From a virus, in UHGV virus genome UHGV-1367777: a DNA stretch of 44,172 nucleotides. One strand, 5' to 3'. The notes below the pieces were generated by a model. It was not told where the DNA came from. It ran no database searches and saw nothing but the letters and a program-made list of their open reading frames with translations. This document shows, in pieces, positions 10,101-18,554 of the stretch. Positions within the stretch are counted from its first letter, which is position 1. Every line of letters begins with the position of its first letter. Both the position numbers and the translations under genes were made by a program.

Positions 10101-11016
10101 GCTTGATACGGCGACCCAGGCCGAGGCGCTCTGTTATGCAGATGTCATACCAGTGCCACGCCGGGTTATCAGTCCAGGCTCGTTTGAATGTACCATCCCA
10201 ATTGCCGCTATACGTGTGCGTTACCGGGTTATAGTTGGTAGGGACCAGTACCTTGCGCCCTTTAGCGCGGATCGACACCAGGGGGATGTTCTGGAACGCC
10301 TTCGCATCGAACTCGACGAACAGCAACGCCGTTAGCGGGTAGCGTAATCGGGCGTCGATAATTTCCGTGATGGACTGCACCTGGAAGGCGTTAACCACAC
10401 GGGCGTCGGTTGAATCGTTAGTGACGCGGCGAACCTCGACACGCCAGGATGACGCGGCACCGTCCGGTAACTCAATGCGGTGATCGCGCTCATAGAGAGA
10501 CATCGTCTTACCCACGGCGGAGAAATCGAACGTCTTCGGCGAGGCATTGTCGGTGTAAACCACGATCTGATAATCAATGCGGCCGCCTACCAGGTCCCCG
10601 TCATCTTCCTGGGTGTACAGCGCCGGGATTCCGATGCGGATGCGCACGGCATCAAGTCCGAGGTTGTTGATCTGGCGCACCCACGGCTGGTTCTTCTCAA
10701 CTTTTACGCCCACCGGGATTTCACTTTCAACCGCAGAGAAGCCCGGAATAACGCTCTGCGACTGTGTGCCAGGGCGAAATTCGACGCGGGTGTTCGGGAA
10801 GTTCTCTGACCCGTCCGCGTTCTGTACCGGAGTCCCTCCCAGGTAGACGCGCTGCCGTAATTCGTTGGCAGTTGGGATGTTTTCGAATTCGCCTTCGCCC
10901 AGGGCGATAAGCATGCGGACTTTAGCCAGGCTGTGCAGGCTGTCCGGTGTTTCCTGTGGGGTGTGCGGCTTTCCGCCGCCGCCTTTATGCCCAGATACTG
11001 AATGTTGCTCAATCAT
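7174..11016 (-). CDS. J: host specificity / central tail fiber protein (lambda gpJ-like)
   Basis: 1280 aa. Shares lambda J blocks (GHTP near the N-terminus; NYNPxTxxYSGxWDGTFK). It is last in the I-K-L-M-H tail tip series. Confidence 0.85.
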   Translation of the reverse strand: MIEQHSVSGHKGGGGKPHTPQETPDSLHSLAKVRMLIALGEGEFENIPTANELRQRVYLGGTPVQNADGSENFPNTRVEFRPGTQSQSVIPGFSAVESEIPVGVKVEKNQPWVRQINNLGLDAVRIRIGIPALYTQEDDGDLVGGRIDYQIVVYTDNASPKTFDFSAVGKTMSLYERDHRIELPDGAASSWRVEVRRVTNDSTDARVVNAFQVQSITEIIDARLRYPLTALLFVEFDAKAFQNIPLVSIRAKGRKVLVPTNYNPVTHTYSGNWDGTFKRAWTDNPAWHWYDICITERLGLGRRIKPEMLNRYAIYQIAQRCDQLVPDGNGGQEIRFKNDMYIQAQTDAWTVLKDLASIFAGMSWWGNQMLNLISDQPVTSAAHVLNNANVIEGRFDYATGSQKTRYSTFSVAYGDPANHYADAIANGMRAELVRRYKINQLSLSAIGCTRQSEAQRRGHWALITNQLDSQVSFQVGLEGLFYIPGSVVAIADVNISGGAEIRGGRLMDPPGNRNVVITDQEITFRPGDRFIVRTAGGQMETRDIVSVSGTSVTLDSALSADPIPNQPFVVDGDDIQVQQYRITDLQYDDANNTFTVRGVEYNESKYDAVDRGSRLDTGIYTQVPDSTLKGPASVTLTPSQVSSQGVLITNVDIVFPPVPNAMVYEIQWRRTSLQDTSVSWGNDWVNLPRTASNGARVENVFEGNYQARVRAIGMGETSSPWVSSAITSVSGRIGALNAPVMLAAESGLHQIKWQWDLNNSASDISYTELQVQVPGQSTWAFVTNAPYPADDYAQTSLEFGIYLNARARVADKSGNLSGWSNVVQGQVSDNVNDYMKGLDESFLSAEDGKVLLEKINTTPEGIYESMLGDHQSILSERAEFGNIYADIQVNYNLIADQTQALAQLETLVATQYDEQQSAIYTLQTANATQDQAFAEYQTSVAARFGTVEGQVDKNGNAIAQNEAAIATNQQAIATQTQALADYKVQVAAEFGQQSAAIEQKMTSQFTATSGSAIYSLKAGVTYNGTYYDAGMVLSTIANGSGVISRIAFKADQFYIMHPSNGTLVSAFIVSGGAVYIDTARINNASISFAQISDTLRSNNFVSGSTGWNLPKSGNAEFNNVVVRGAVYANTGSFTGSINATSGSFTGTVEATSFVGDVANVGIGADATASGGTNAARTVTYTDSSTGNLNKAVLAEAVFYASANSDTIMDVTINIGGNTKTFSNVALRSGTQGNWFVFRHAVRNVTSRQVPVTFTAISANTVNKQILAPTVTIARGTGSFA

Positions 11017-11633
11017 TCGTGATAATCCTCTGCCACGATACCCGCCGAAATTACGTTGCCCCCGATCTCGCGTTCGCCGAGCAGGATGCCAAGCGCGGTC
11101 CCCTGTGCGGTTGTGTTGACCGGGCCTCCGAATGCATACGACGCTTTGTTGTCCACATCCTCGCGCGTCTGTAACCCCTGCGGTTGAGGTGATAAAAGCT
11201 GCATTGCACCGCCGAGAGTCAAAGACACGCCGAACGAGAAGGTGGCTGCGCCTATTGCCGCCGCCGTTGTTGCTGATGCGCCAAACGCGGCTGTCGCAAG
11301 CCCGCCAGTGTAGAACGATGCCACGATAACGGCAACCCCAACCAGCAACTGCCCCAGACCGCCCGACTTCGCACCGCCGATCACAGGCGCGATGGTGATA
11401 ACCCGGTCGCCGTGGGTGTGGTTCAGTTCGCCGACATCGCCCATGACGTGGTTGCCCTTACGGACTTTGAACGCCATCCCGTGAAGGTGCGCCTGCATCA
11501 TGAAATCCTGGAATCCAGGCAGTTTTACGCATAGCCCCGTAATACCCTCGCCGGGGGTGAAACAGTCCAGTTTATGAACCTTGCCGAACCGCTTGCCGAG
11601 CGGTCCGAACAACTTGAAGGTGGTCATAGCCAT
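11013..11633 (-). CDS. I: tail assembly protein I-like
   Basis: Position and size match lambda gpI. Gly/Ala-rich hydrophobic C-terminus. Overlaps J (ATGA). Confidence 0.65.
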   Translation of the reverse strand: MAMTTFKLFGPLGKRFGKVHKLDCFTPGEGITGLCVKLPGFQDFMMQAHLHGMAFKVRKGNHVMGDVGELNHTHGDRVITIAPVIGGAKSGGLGQLLVGVAVIVASFYTGGLATAAFGASATTAAAIGAATFSFGVSLTLGGAMQLLSPQPQGLQTREDVDNKASYAFGGPVNTTAQGTALGILLGEREIGGNVISAGIVAEDYHE

Positions 11634-12364
11634 TCGGAAATTTCCTCTGGTAAATCTTTATGTCGCACCCATTTAACCACATTTTCCCGGAAATACCCGC
11701 CACCAAATGGGATCACGTCCGACAGGTTGCCGAAAGTGTGGTGTAGTAGCTGGTTATTCGGAAGGAAAATCCCGGCGTGGTTCGGGACGTCCGCCGCGAT
11801 CTGCATGATGACCATTGCGCCAGGGGTGTTTGGCTCGCACTCCCGGAACCCGGCGGAATACCAGTTATCCATGTAAAGGTTCTCACCCCGCGTCCACCAT
11901 TCATACGGAACGCGAAAATCGCGCAATTTAACGCCCTGTAGTGAATGCCACGCCATAACCAGCCCATAACAGTCCGTGACGCCGAGAACGAAACGGCGAC
12001 CCCTTAGCGGCTGTTCCTGGGGGTCTATCTCGGTGTACTCGCCATTCTCGGCAATGATGCCCCATACTACACCGCTGCCGTTGCATCCATTCACATCGGC
12101 CAGGCTCGCAGTCGGCTCAAGCTGGTCCGGGTGCGAGTGGATGACGCGGATGATTTCGCCCGCCTCTTCAGCCTGCATCCATTCGATATCGCTGATCGCG
12201 AATGAATCCAGGGTGGAACGGTTGCCGGAGGGGTCTGAAAATACGTTCGTGCACGGACGATAGAACTGTTTACGGCCAACCTGAACAACGAGGCCGCAAC
12301 ATTCGTGCGGCGCTTCGGCTTTCATGTGGGCGATGATTTCGCCCATTACTTTTTTAGTTAGCAT
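11624..12364 (-). CDS. K: tail tip assembly protein K-like (JAMM/MPN + NlpC/P60)
   Basis: HECCGLVV and the JAMM motif IHSHPD are present, in gpK position. Confidence 0.75.
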   Translation of the reverse strand: MLTKKVMGEIIAHMKAEAPHECCGLVVQVGRKQFYRPCTNVFSDPSGNRSTLDSFAISDIEWMQAEEAGEIIRVIHSHPDQLEPTASLADVNGCNGSGVVWGIIAENGEYTEIDPQEQPLRGRRFVLGVTDCYGLVMAWHSLQGVKLRDFRVPYEWWTRGENLYMDNWYSAGFRECEPNTPGAMVIMQIAADVPNHAGIFLPNNQLLHHTFGNLSDVIPFGGGYFRENVVKWVRHKDLPEEISEWL

Positions 12365-12366
12365 GC

Positions 12367-13161
12367 TTATTTCCCGATCAACTGAGACCCAGGGAACCCG
12401 CCGAAATCCATATCGGCAGATTTCGGATTATCGTGGCCCTGTCCGAAGCGTAACAGGCAGTCCTTCATATACCCGCCGCAACGGTCCTGTTCCATCGCGA
12501 TCACCTCATTACCTCGGTCATCATAATACTTGATGCCCGGCGCTAACAGGTTCCAGGTACAGCCATCGCCGCTGGCGTATTTCCCGGTCATCGCCCACTC
12601 GCACATATTCAGGATCTGGCGGCGCGGCACCACCATCCCTTCAAGGTCCGTTGGGCTTACCAGGGTGAACGTGACGGTCTTACCAGGGTTGCGGCCGGGC
12701 TGTGCGTCAATATAGAACGTCTGAACCATCTTCTGTTCTGGGTCTGGGTCGCTGCCGTTGTCCAGGAATTTGGCGAACGTGTCGATGATTTCGACCTTAG
12801 CGCCTAAAAGCTGCTCATGGTTCAGGGACAGGCGCGTTATCACGCCCCCAATATCGGCAACGTTGAACGTCGGTTCGGCTGGCTGGTCTGTAGACATACC
12901 CAGGCCGGATACCTCGAAAGGCCAGAAGTCATACTGCTGGCCCGCGAAGAAGATGGATTTAGGCCCCAGTTTGGTTTCATCACCCCCCGCCGCTTCGATC
13001 TCTTCCGGGGTGTGCGGGATGAAGTTGTAATGGAAGTAATGGTGGCCGCCGCCGATCGCACCGTCGCCCGGTTCCACGTCCTGGGCGTCAACATGAATCA
13101 GGCGAACACGGCCAGACGGATCGAACCGGGTCGCTTCCCGGTAAAGTTTATTAAGCGCCAT
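12367..13161 (-). CDS. L: minor tail protein L-like
   Basis: Position between M and K. Size ~264 aa. Confidence 0.65.
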   Translation of the reverse strand: MALNKLYREATRFDPSGRVRLIHVDAQDVEPGDGAIGGGHHYFHYNFIPHTPEEIEAAGGDETKLGPKSIFFAGQQYDFWPFEVSGLGMSTDQPAEPTFNVADIGGVITRLSLNHEQLLGAKVEIIDTFAKFLDNGSDPDPEQKMVQTFYIDAQPGRNPGKTVTFTLVSPTDLEGMVVPRRQILNMCEWAMTGKYASGDGCTWNLLAPGIKYYDDRGNEVIAMEQDRCGGYMKDCLLRFGQGHDNPKSADMDFGGFPGSQLIGK

Positions 13162-13528
13162 TTACGAAGCCCACCGCTGTTTTAAAGGTTGCCGATACAG
13201 TGGCTGTAAGTCGCCCCTGAGGCGTATATGTGAGGCTGGACGCATCGACGATATACAGCCCTGTCTCGCCGTCCGTTGTGGTGAACTTGAACGGCGTTAC
13301 AAAGTGTTTCCGAAGGAAGGCGTAGACATCCTTTGGGTTGGTGTGCTTGTCGTTGGTCTGCCCGGTAAAGCTGAACGCCTGCTGTTTGGTTTCCGGGTTA
13401 GGGCCGTCTGAAATGTTTTGCCCGTAGCCGTTGCCGAACTGAATTTCCTGTGTGCGGAAGCCGATAGACACCGCCGCGCCGTCCTGGATCTGATTAGGCC
13501 ACCAGTAGGGCCAAACTGCAATTGCCAT
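13151..13528 (-). CDS. M: minor tail protein M-like
   Basis: Position after the tape measure gene. ~125 aa. Confidence 0.6.
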   Translation of the reverse strand: MAIAVWPYWWPNQIQDGAAVSIGFRTQEIQFGNGYGQNISDGPNPETKQQAFSFTGQTNDKHTNPKDVYAFLRKHFVTPFKFTTTDGETGLYIVDASSLTYTPQGRLTATVSATFKTAVGFVNGA

Positions 13529-13564
13529 AAAAAACCCCCGTTCTTTCGATTGGGGGTTAGTTTA

Positions 13565-16210
13565 TCACCGTTTGTACAGGATGCCACCTGGCCGCGTTTG
13601 CTTCGCGATTTCGGCTTTCACCGCTTCGGTGATCTGCTTGCCGAACGCCGCCGCTGCCTGGGCGTTCCCGGTGCCGGATACCGATGTCGATGTCTGCCCG
13701 GTTCCCATGTTAACGTTCGTCTCGACGAAGATTCCCCCGGCAGCACCCGACGCCTGGACACCCAGCTTGCCGTCAGGTCCGCGCGTCAGTGGCATGATCG
13801 CTTCCGGTCCCGCCTCGCCCATCAACCCGGCACCGTTCGCGAACGCCTTCACGCCGTAGTTGAAGAACGTCGGCTGTGTGACAATCTGACCCGAGAATGC
13901 CGACAGATTACCGCCGGAATAAGCCCCGCCTTTCGCGTTCGCCGTCAGGCTGGCGAAGATATCCCCGAAGAGGGACCCGCCCGAACCTTTACCAAAGATG
14001 GACGCCAGCGACTTAAGAGCCGAGGACGTCGCCAGGCGGACCAGTTCGGCCAGCATGGTATTCACCAGGTCCTTAATACCGAATTTCCCCGTCGTGAAGA
14101 ATTCATCCAGGGAGTCCGTCATTGCGCTGAAGGTGAACTTCGTCAGACCTTCCATCTGCGTATAGGCGTTCCCGGTCTCGTCCACCATGTCCGCCAGTCC
14201 TCGACTGAAGCCTTCGAAGAGGGTGGCATTGTCGCCGCGCATCGCCGCTTGTGTTTCCTTCAGCTTCGCTACGGCCCGGTCCTGATCCTGTTGGCTGGCC
14301 CCGGCTCGCTGTAATCGGTCGATCAGTTCAAGCTGTTCGCGAAGGTTCGACGCCTCGCGGGTGGAAAGGGCATACCCCTCCGTGATCCCTTTTATTTCGG
14401 CGTTCTGGTTCTTTAGATACAAATCAACTTGCTGGTGTGCCTTCAACGTCTTTTCTACGGCGTCTTGACGTTTTGCTTCCTGTAGGATCTGCTCACGTAC
14501 CAGTTTGGTGCGCTCCATTTCGGCCATTTGCTGCCGTTCGGCAACTGTGAGCGTTCGCGTTTTGGCGGCCTCTTCCAGCGTCGCATATTCAGCATTCAGC
14601 TTGTTAAGTTCAGCCTGGGCTTTCGCCGCTCGTGTGCCGTCCAGGGCGTTGGCGGCTTGCTGTGCGCCTGCCGCTTTCAGCGCGGCTAACTCGGCCTGGG
14701 CGGACTCCAGCATCTTCAGGCCCGCGTCCACTTTCACCGCTGCGGCTTTCGCCACCTTCGGATCGGCGTATCGTTTGTTTGCCTCGGCCAGATACTTGTC
14801 ATATTCGGTTTGCGTGATAACACCCTGTTTAAGCAGGTTGTTAAGGCGCGTTTGTTCTTTGGCGCGCTTCTCCGCGTTGGTGGAGTATTGCGTTTCCAGT
14901 TCGTTACGTTCTTTCGCCTTGCGGTTCGCCTCCTCCTGGGCTTTCGCCTGCGCCTCAGTGTCCCGTGCTTCCTGGCGTTTTGCGGCCGAGGCTTTTGTGA
15001 GTACGCCCAGGGAACGATTAAGTTCGTCGATTTCCTGGTTCAGGTTGTTAATGCGGGACTGCTGCGCCTGCGTCGCCACCCCGTTCTGCTCCCGGATGGC
15101 TTTAGTCTCGGCGTTATACGCGGTGATCCGGTCCTGGAGGCGCTTACGAATATCCATTTCCTGCTCTGTGGTCGACTCCGCCCGGCCGATGTCCAGGATC
15201 GCGTTCCACATCGTTTTAGCCGCGCTGGTGACGGCCATCATTGCGCGCTCGACTGAGCCCATGTTGCCTTTGATTTCGGCGGACATGTCATCGAACGACT
15301 TAGCGGCAATTGAGTTGGCCTGGGCTACTGCTTCAGCCTCTTTCCCCTGGTTCTGAAGCTGCCGGACGTGCTCGACCTGCGCCTGGGTTACTACGTGGTA
15401 TTTATCCGCCAGGGCCTGGAGACCGCCGACCGGATCATTCGACAGTTTGCCGACCTGGTCGGCTACGTCTTCCAAAGGCTGGCCCGACGCTTTGGCGAAG
15501 TCCTGCACGGTTCTGGCGAGCCGTTCAAAGTCGGCACCCGCCTTCACGCCTGCATTAGCCAGCGCCTGGAGGCTGTTAAGAGTCCCACGGAATGATTTTC
15601 CGGCGGAGTCCGCATTCTCGGCCATGCGTAACATCTGGTCCGCCGTTAGCCCGGAAATGTTGCCCGTGAGAGTCAGCGTCTTATTAAGCGCCGCCATCTG
15701 CGACTCAGTCCGGCCTACCACGACCACCCCGGCGGTCAGCGCTGCCGTTACTGCGGTCAACGCAAGCCCTACAGGGCCAAGGAAGCCTACCAGCGCACGT
15801 AATGTATTACCCAGGCCGCCGAACGCGCCTGTTACCTGCGGAAGCTGCTGGAGAAGGACGCGGTATACGGGCATACCCATGTCGAGTGATACGACAACGT
15901 CCTGAAGCTGAAGCGCGGCGTTTCGGGTAGCGAACGCTACGTTCTTCTGTGTGGTGCCTAACTGCTGGGCGATCTTCTCCGTCTTAGTCATGTTGGTGGC
16001 GACAACGCCCGCCGCCCGACCTTCTTTTTCGAGGCCCTCCGCCGCTTCGGATGCCGTGGATTTAGTTTTGCGGTTCGCCTCGTTGAATTTGTTCGTCGCC
16101 GTCTCAGCTTGCCCGGACTTCTGAACAAGTTCGTCCATCGCCTTGTTCGCCACCGGAATCGAACTGGCGTCAACTTTGAGCGTTAAGCCCGCCGCCTGAT
16201 CTGCTGCCAT
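13565..16210 (-). CDS. H: tail tape measure protein
   Basis: 881 aa. Ala/Gln-rich coiled-coil repeats. Lies downstream of the G/GT chaperones and upstream of M, L, K. Confidence 0.85.
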   Translation of the reverse strand: MAADQAAGLTLKVDASSIPVANKAMDELVQKSGQAETATNKFNEANRKTKSTASEAAEGLEKEGRAAGVVATNMTKTEKIAQQLGTTQKNVAFATRNAALQLQDVVVSLDMGMPVYRVLLQQLPQVTGAFGGLGNTLRALVGFLGPVGLALTAVTAALTAGVVVVGRTESQMAALNKTLTLTGNISGLTADQMLRMAENADSAGKSFRGTLNSLQALANAGVKAGADFERLARTVQDFAKASGQPLEDVADQVGKLSNDPVGGLQALADKYHVVTQAQVEHVRQLQNQGKEAEAVAQANSIAAKSFDDMSAEIKGNMGSVERAMMAVTSAAKTMWNAILDIGRAESTTEQEMDIRKRLQDRITAYNAETKAIREQNGVATQAQQSRINNLNQEIDELNRSLGVLTKASAAKRQEARDTEAQAKAQEEANRKAKERNELETQYSTNAEKRAKEQTRLNNLLKQGVITQTEYDKYLAEANKRYADPKVAKAAAVKVDAGLKMLESAQAELAALKAAGAQQAANALDGTRAAKAQAELNKLNAEYATLEEAAKTRTLTVAERQQMAEMERTKLVREQILQEAKRQDAVEKTLKAHQQVDLYLKNQNAEIKGITEGYALSTREASNLREQLELIDRLQRAGASQQDQDRAVAKLKETQAAMRGDNATLFEGFSRGLADMVDETGNAYTQMEGLTKFTFSAMTDSLDEFFTTGKFGIKDLVNTMLAELVRLATSSALKSLASIFGKGSGGSLFGDIFASLTANAKGGAYSGGNLSAFSGQIVTQPTFFNYGVKAFANGAGLMGEAGPEAIMPLTRGPDGKLGVQASGAAGGIFVETNVNMGTGQTSTSVSGTGNAQAAAAFGKQITEAVKAEIAKQTRPGGILYKR

Positions 16211-16255
16211 GAGAATGTCCTCGTGTTAGTGTTGCCGATAGTTTACCCTGCGGCG

Positions 16256-16510
16256 ATGAATATGCGAATTTTCATTCAGTCTGAGGACGGAGGGGGCCAC
16301 ACCCCCCGTCCAGTCTGAAAGACTAGGCTTTGTCCCGGTCGTCCCGCCTGCGATTTTCCCTTATAAATCAGTTGGGGGACGCCGGGACGTCCCGTTTGTC
16401 CCGCACCGAAACGGGACAAATTTCTGTCCCGCTTACTTATCCACGGCAACTGCATAACTATTCAGGGGACGGATCGGGACGTCCCGCCATGTCCCGGTCG
16501 TCCCGCCCCC
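16256..16510. repeat. iteron-rich element copy A
   Basis: Contains the GC hairpin GACGGAGGGGGCC-aca-CCCCCCGTCC and the palindrome AGTCTGAAAGACT. There are about 6 (T)GTCCCGC units, a 12-bp palindrome CGGGACGTCCCG twice, and the DnaA-box-like TTATCCACG. About 85 percent identical to copy B at 34569-34775. Confidence 0.85.
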
Positions 16511-16544
16511 ACATTATGGCAACCAATTACGAAATATTTTAAAT

Positions 16545-16582
16545 AATTGGTTGCAGAATGCATGCAACCAAGTTATAGTCTT
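16545..16582 (+). promoter_or_regulatory. promoter-like TTGCAG-N16-TTATAG with ATTGGTTGC/GCAACCAA motifs; AT-rich stretch just upstream
   Basis: Motif copies at about 16519 (reverse), 16547 (forward) and 16564 (reverse). It sits upstream of the secreted moron gene. Confidence 0.4.
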
Positions 16583-16660
16583 CTCACACCGCACATCGAT
16601 CTGGCTGGCGGATGGTTCTTACCACTCTTTTAATAGTGAATATAAAATTAAGGTGAAATC

Positions 16661-17041
16661 ATGAAAATCAAACATATCGCCGTAAGCTTCCTCCTGGCCT
16701 CTGTGGTGGCGCTGCCGACCGTCGCTGTGTATAAGCACCTCATGCACGAAGAGACCGCCCAGGAAATGTGCAGCCGCACTGTCGACATTATCGCCAACGC
16801 GAATGGCGTCGTCGCCACTGAAACGAAGGACGAAATGCGCAACGCCTGTCTGTCAGTAGCCGACACGCATTCCGTGCTGACCAGCTTCACCCCGGCCGAT
16901 ATGCAGCGTCAGGAGAGCGACATTCAGTATGGTATGGCTAAGTCGTGGTCCGGGGCTTACGGGAAGGAATACACCGCGATCATGCAAGCGAGAATCGCCG
17001 GGTATGAGTGGGCTTACTACAAAGTGAAAAAGGACCGCTAG
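16661..17041 (+). CDS. secreted/periplasmic moron protein (126 aa, signal peptide)
   Basis: N-terminal MKIKHIAVSFLLASVVALPTVAV is a signal peptide. The gene is inserted on the opposite strand between GT and the tape measure gene. It has its own promoter region and a bidirectional terminator. Confidence 0.6.
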   Translation: MKIKHIAVSFLLASVVALPTVAVYKHLMHEETAQEMCSRTVDIIANANGVVATETKDEMRNACLSVADTHSVLTSFTPADMQRQESDIQYGMAKSWSGAYGKEYTAIMQARIAGYEWAYYKVKKDR

Positions 17042-17063
17042 GCGGTCCTTTGGGCGATTATCT
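17037..17063. terminator. bidirectional terminator AAAAAGGACCGC-tag-GCGGTCCTTT
   Basis: Perfect 9-bp stem with a flanking A-run and T-run. Confidence 0.6.
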
Positions 17064-17478
17064 CTTCTAAGGCGATGCCTTCCATGGTGCGGATGTCCTT
17101 GAAGGCCCTACGCTCGTCCTGGATGCCGTTTACCTTAAACAACCACGGCAATATCCCATAATCCAGCCCATACGCCCCGTTAAACCCGGTGCGCCACTGA
17201 GTACCCATCTGAATAAACACTTCAAACACGGGCCAGTTATCAGGCCAGATGCCGACAGGCGGCGCTAACTCTTCCGGCGAGGCCCCGAACAGGGCCATCG
17301 CTAAATTCTCGTCCGGTGGCGGCGCGCCATAATACCGTCGCACCGCCTCAATCAGTTTTTTTCCCGCAAGCCCATCAGTTCGAGATAGTAGGTCGAGTGG
17401 ATTGCACCGAACGCGCGCGGGTAGTTCACCAGCATGCGGCGAATGTTTCCGGCCGTGAACTCCTCTTTGAAGCCCCAC
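17038..17478 (-). CDS. T: tail assembly chaperone T segment (expressed as a G-T fusion by -1 frameshift)
   Basis: The ORF overlaps the 3' end of G in the -1 frame. The slippery sequence G GGA AAA AAC sits at the end of G. Confidence 0.7.
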   Translation of the reverse strand: MGLQRGVHGRKHSPHAGELPARVRCNPLDLLSRTDGLAGKKLIEAVRRYYGAPPPDENLAMALFGASPEELAPPVGIWPDNWPVFEVFIQMGTQWRTGFNGAYGLDYGILPWLFKVNGIQDERRAFKDIRTMEGIALEEIIAQRTA

Positions 17479-17714
17479 CCATCGGCAATATGCATGATCG
17501 CCGCCACCATCACGTCGAAACCTTTCGGATCGCCTTCTTCAAACTCTTCCAGCTTCTTCTGTGTCTCCGTCATGGTCTCGCTGAACTCATCGATCGGGTG
17601 ATGGATGAAGTGAATTGTCAGGACGCCGTCTTCCTTCTCGCCAGGGCGCGGGATTTTAACGTCGATCTTGAATTTAGGGTTCGGGTCGAGTGTGAAGGGT
17701 GCTACTTTAGCCAT
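17352..17714 (-). CDS. G: tail assembly chaperone G-like
   Basis: Start at MAKVAPF with a GGAG RBS. Acidic ~120 aa protein immediately after the major tail gene. Confidence 0.7.
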   Translation of the reverse strand: MAKVAPFTLDPNPKFKIDVKIPRPGEKEDGVLTIHFIHHPIDEFSETMTETQKKLEEFEEGDPKGFDVMVAAIMHIADGWGFKEEFTAGNIRRMLVNYPRAFGAIHSTYYLELMGLREKN

Positions 17715-17732
17715 TATCGTTTCTCCAATAAA

Positions 17733-17758
17733 AAAGGGGCCAATCGGCCCCCATAATA
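17733..17758 (-). terminator. terminator AAAAAGGGGCCaatcGGCCCCC after the major tail gene (T-run on the minus strand)
   Basis: Third copy of the GGGGCC-AAT-GGCCCC hairpin family. Confidence 0.55.
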
Positions 17759-17781
17759 ACGCGCAACCAAATAAACGCAAA

Positions 17782-18504
17782 TTACAGCGCGTCTACCAGG
17801 TCCTTCTGATAAATCATCATGTCGGACTGCATGGACAGCGCGACCTGTACCGTTTCGACGTTGTTAACTTCCGCCGACGGGATTTTGGTGAAGGCGATTT
17901 TAGATGCGTAGATACGAACTTCGCCCTTGCCGCCTGCCGCTGCCGGGTTAGTAAACTTAATCACGGTGTTCTGCTGGTTGTCGTCGAACTTCTCCAGGAC
18001 CGGGCGGATTGGGTCCGTCATGTCGTGGGTGAAGGTGTACGTCTGCACCAGCGGGTTTTTCGTGGTGTTCAGGCTGATCGCCGTAGTAACCTGCAACGGC
18101 TGGAAAGTCGTTGTCTGCTGGTCGCCACCGGACACGGCAACGTTCGTGATGTACGGGAAGTCGATGAACGAATCCAGCTTCACGATCTCGCCAGGCGTTG
18201 TGGAGTTGAAGGCGTTCGCCGGGTACTTCGACGTGTCGGAAGTATCGAAGCCCGCCAGGACCGCAGTGGTGGCCGTTACTTCGCCAACCAGGAAAGCCTG
18301 GTTAGTGGCGCGCACCCACGGGGATTTAGAGAACTGAACGATGTTACCCGCGACGATGCCGTGACCAGTTGGCAGAGTGATAACACAACCCACCGTCAGG
18401 TCAGAAATTGAGGCGGCGGCGTTGGTGGCACCCGTAACAGCGATGCCCGGACCAATCACGGATGCAAGCTGGACGCTCGAACCGTTCGGTAATTGATAAC
18501 CCAT
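17782..18504 (-). CDS. V: major tail protein (gpV-like)
   Basis: Position immediately upstream of G/GT. 240 aa, Thr/Ser/Val-rich. Confidence 0.7.
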   Translation of the reverse strand: MGYQLPNGSSVQLASVIGPGIAVTGATNAAASISDLTVGCVITLPTGHGIVAGNIVQFSKSPWVRATNQAFLVGEVTATTAVLAGFDTSDTSKYPANAFNSTTPGEIVKLDSFIDFPYITNVAVSGGDQQTTTFQPLQVTTAISLNTTKNPLVQTYTFTHDMTDPIRPVLEKFDDNQQNTVIKFTNPAAAGGKGEVRIYASKIAFTKIPSAEVNNVETVQVALSMQSDMMIYQKDLVDAL

Positions 18505-18554
18505 GGAAAAATTCCTCTTAGTTAATTAACGTTGCTATGTTAGCGCAAAAAGTT

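Noticed and set aside
14505-15356. 283-aa + strand ORF (Ala/Ser/Arg-rich)
   Set aside because: Lies antisense within the tape measure gene. Its low-complexity composition is typical of the reverse frame of a GC-rich coiled-coil gene.
16256-16510. Possible CRISPR array (short GTCCCGC repeats)
   Set aside because: Repeat unit is only 7-9 bp, spacing is irregular, orientations are mixed, and there are no cas genes. It behaves like iterons or binding sites, not a CRISPR array.
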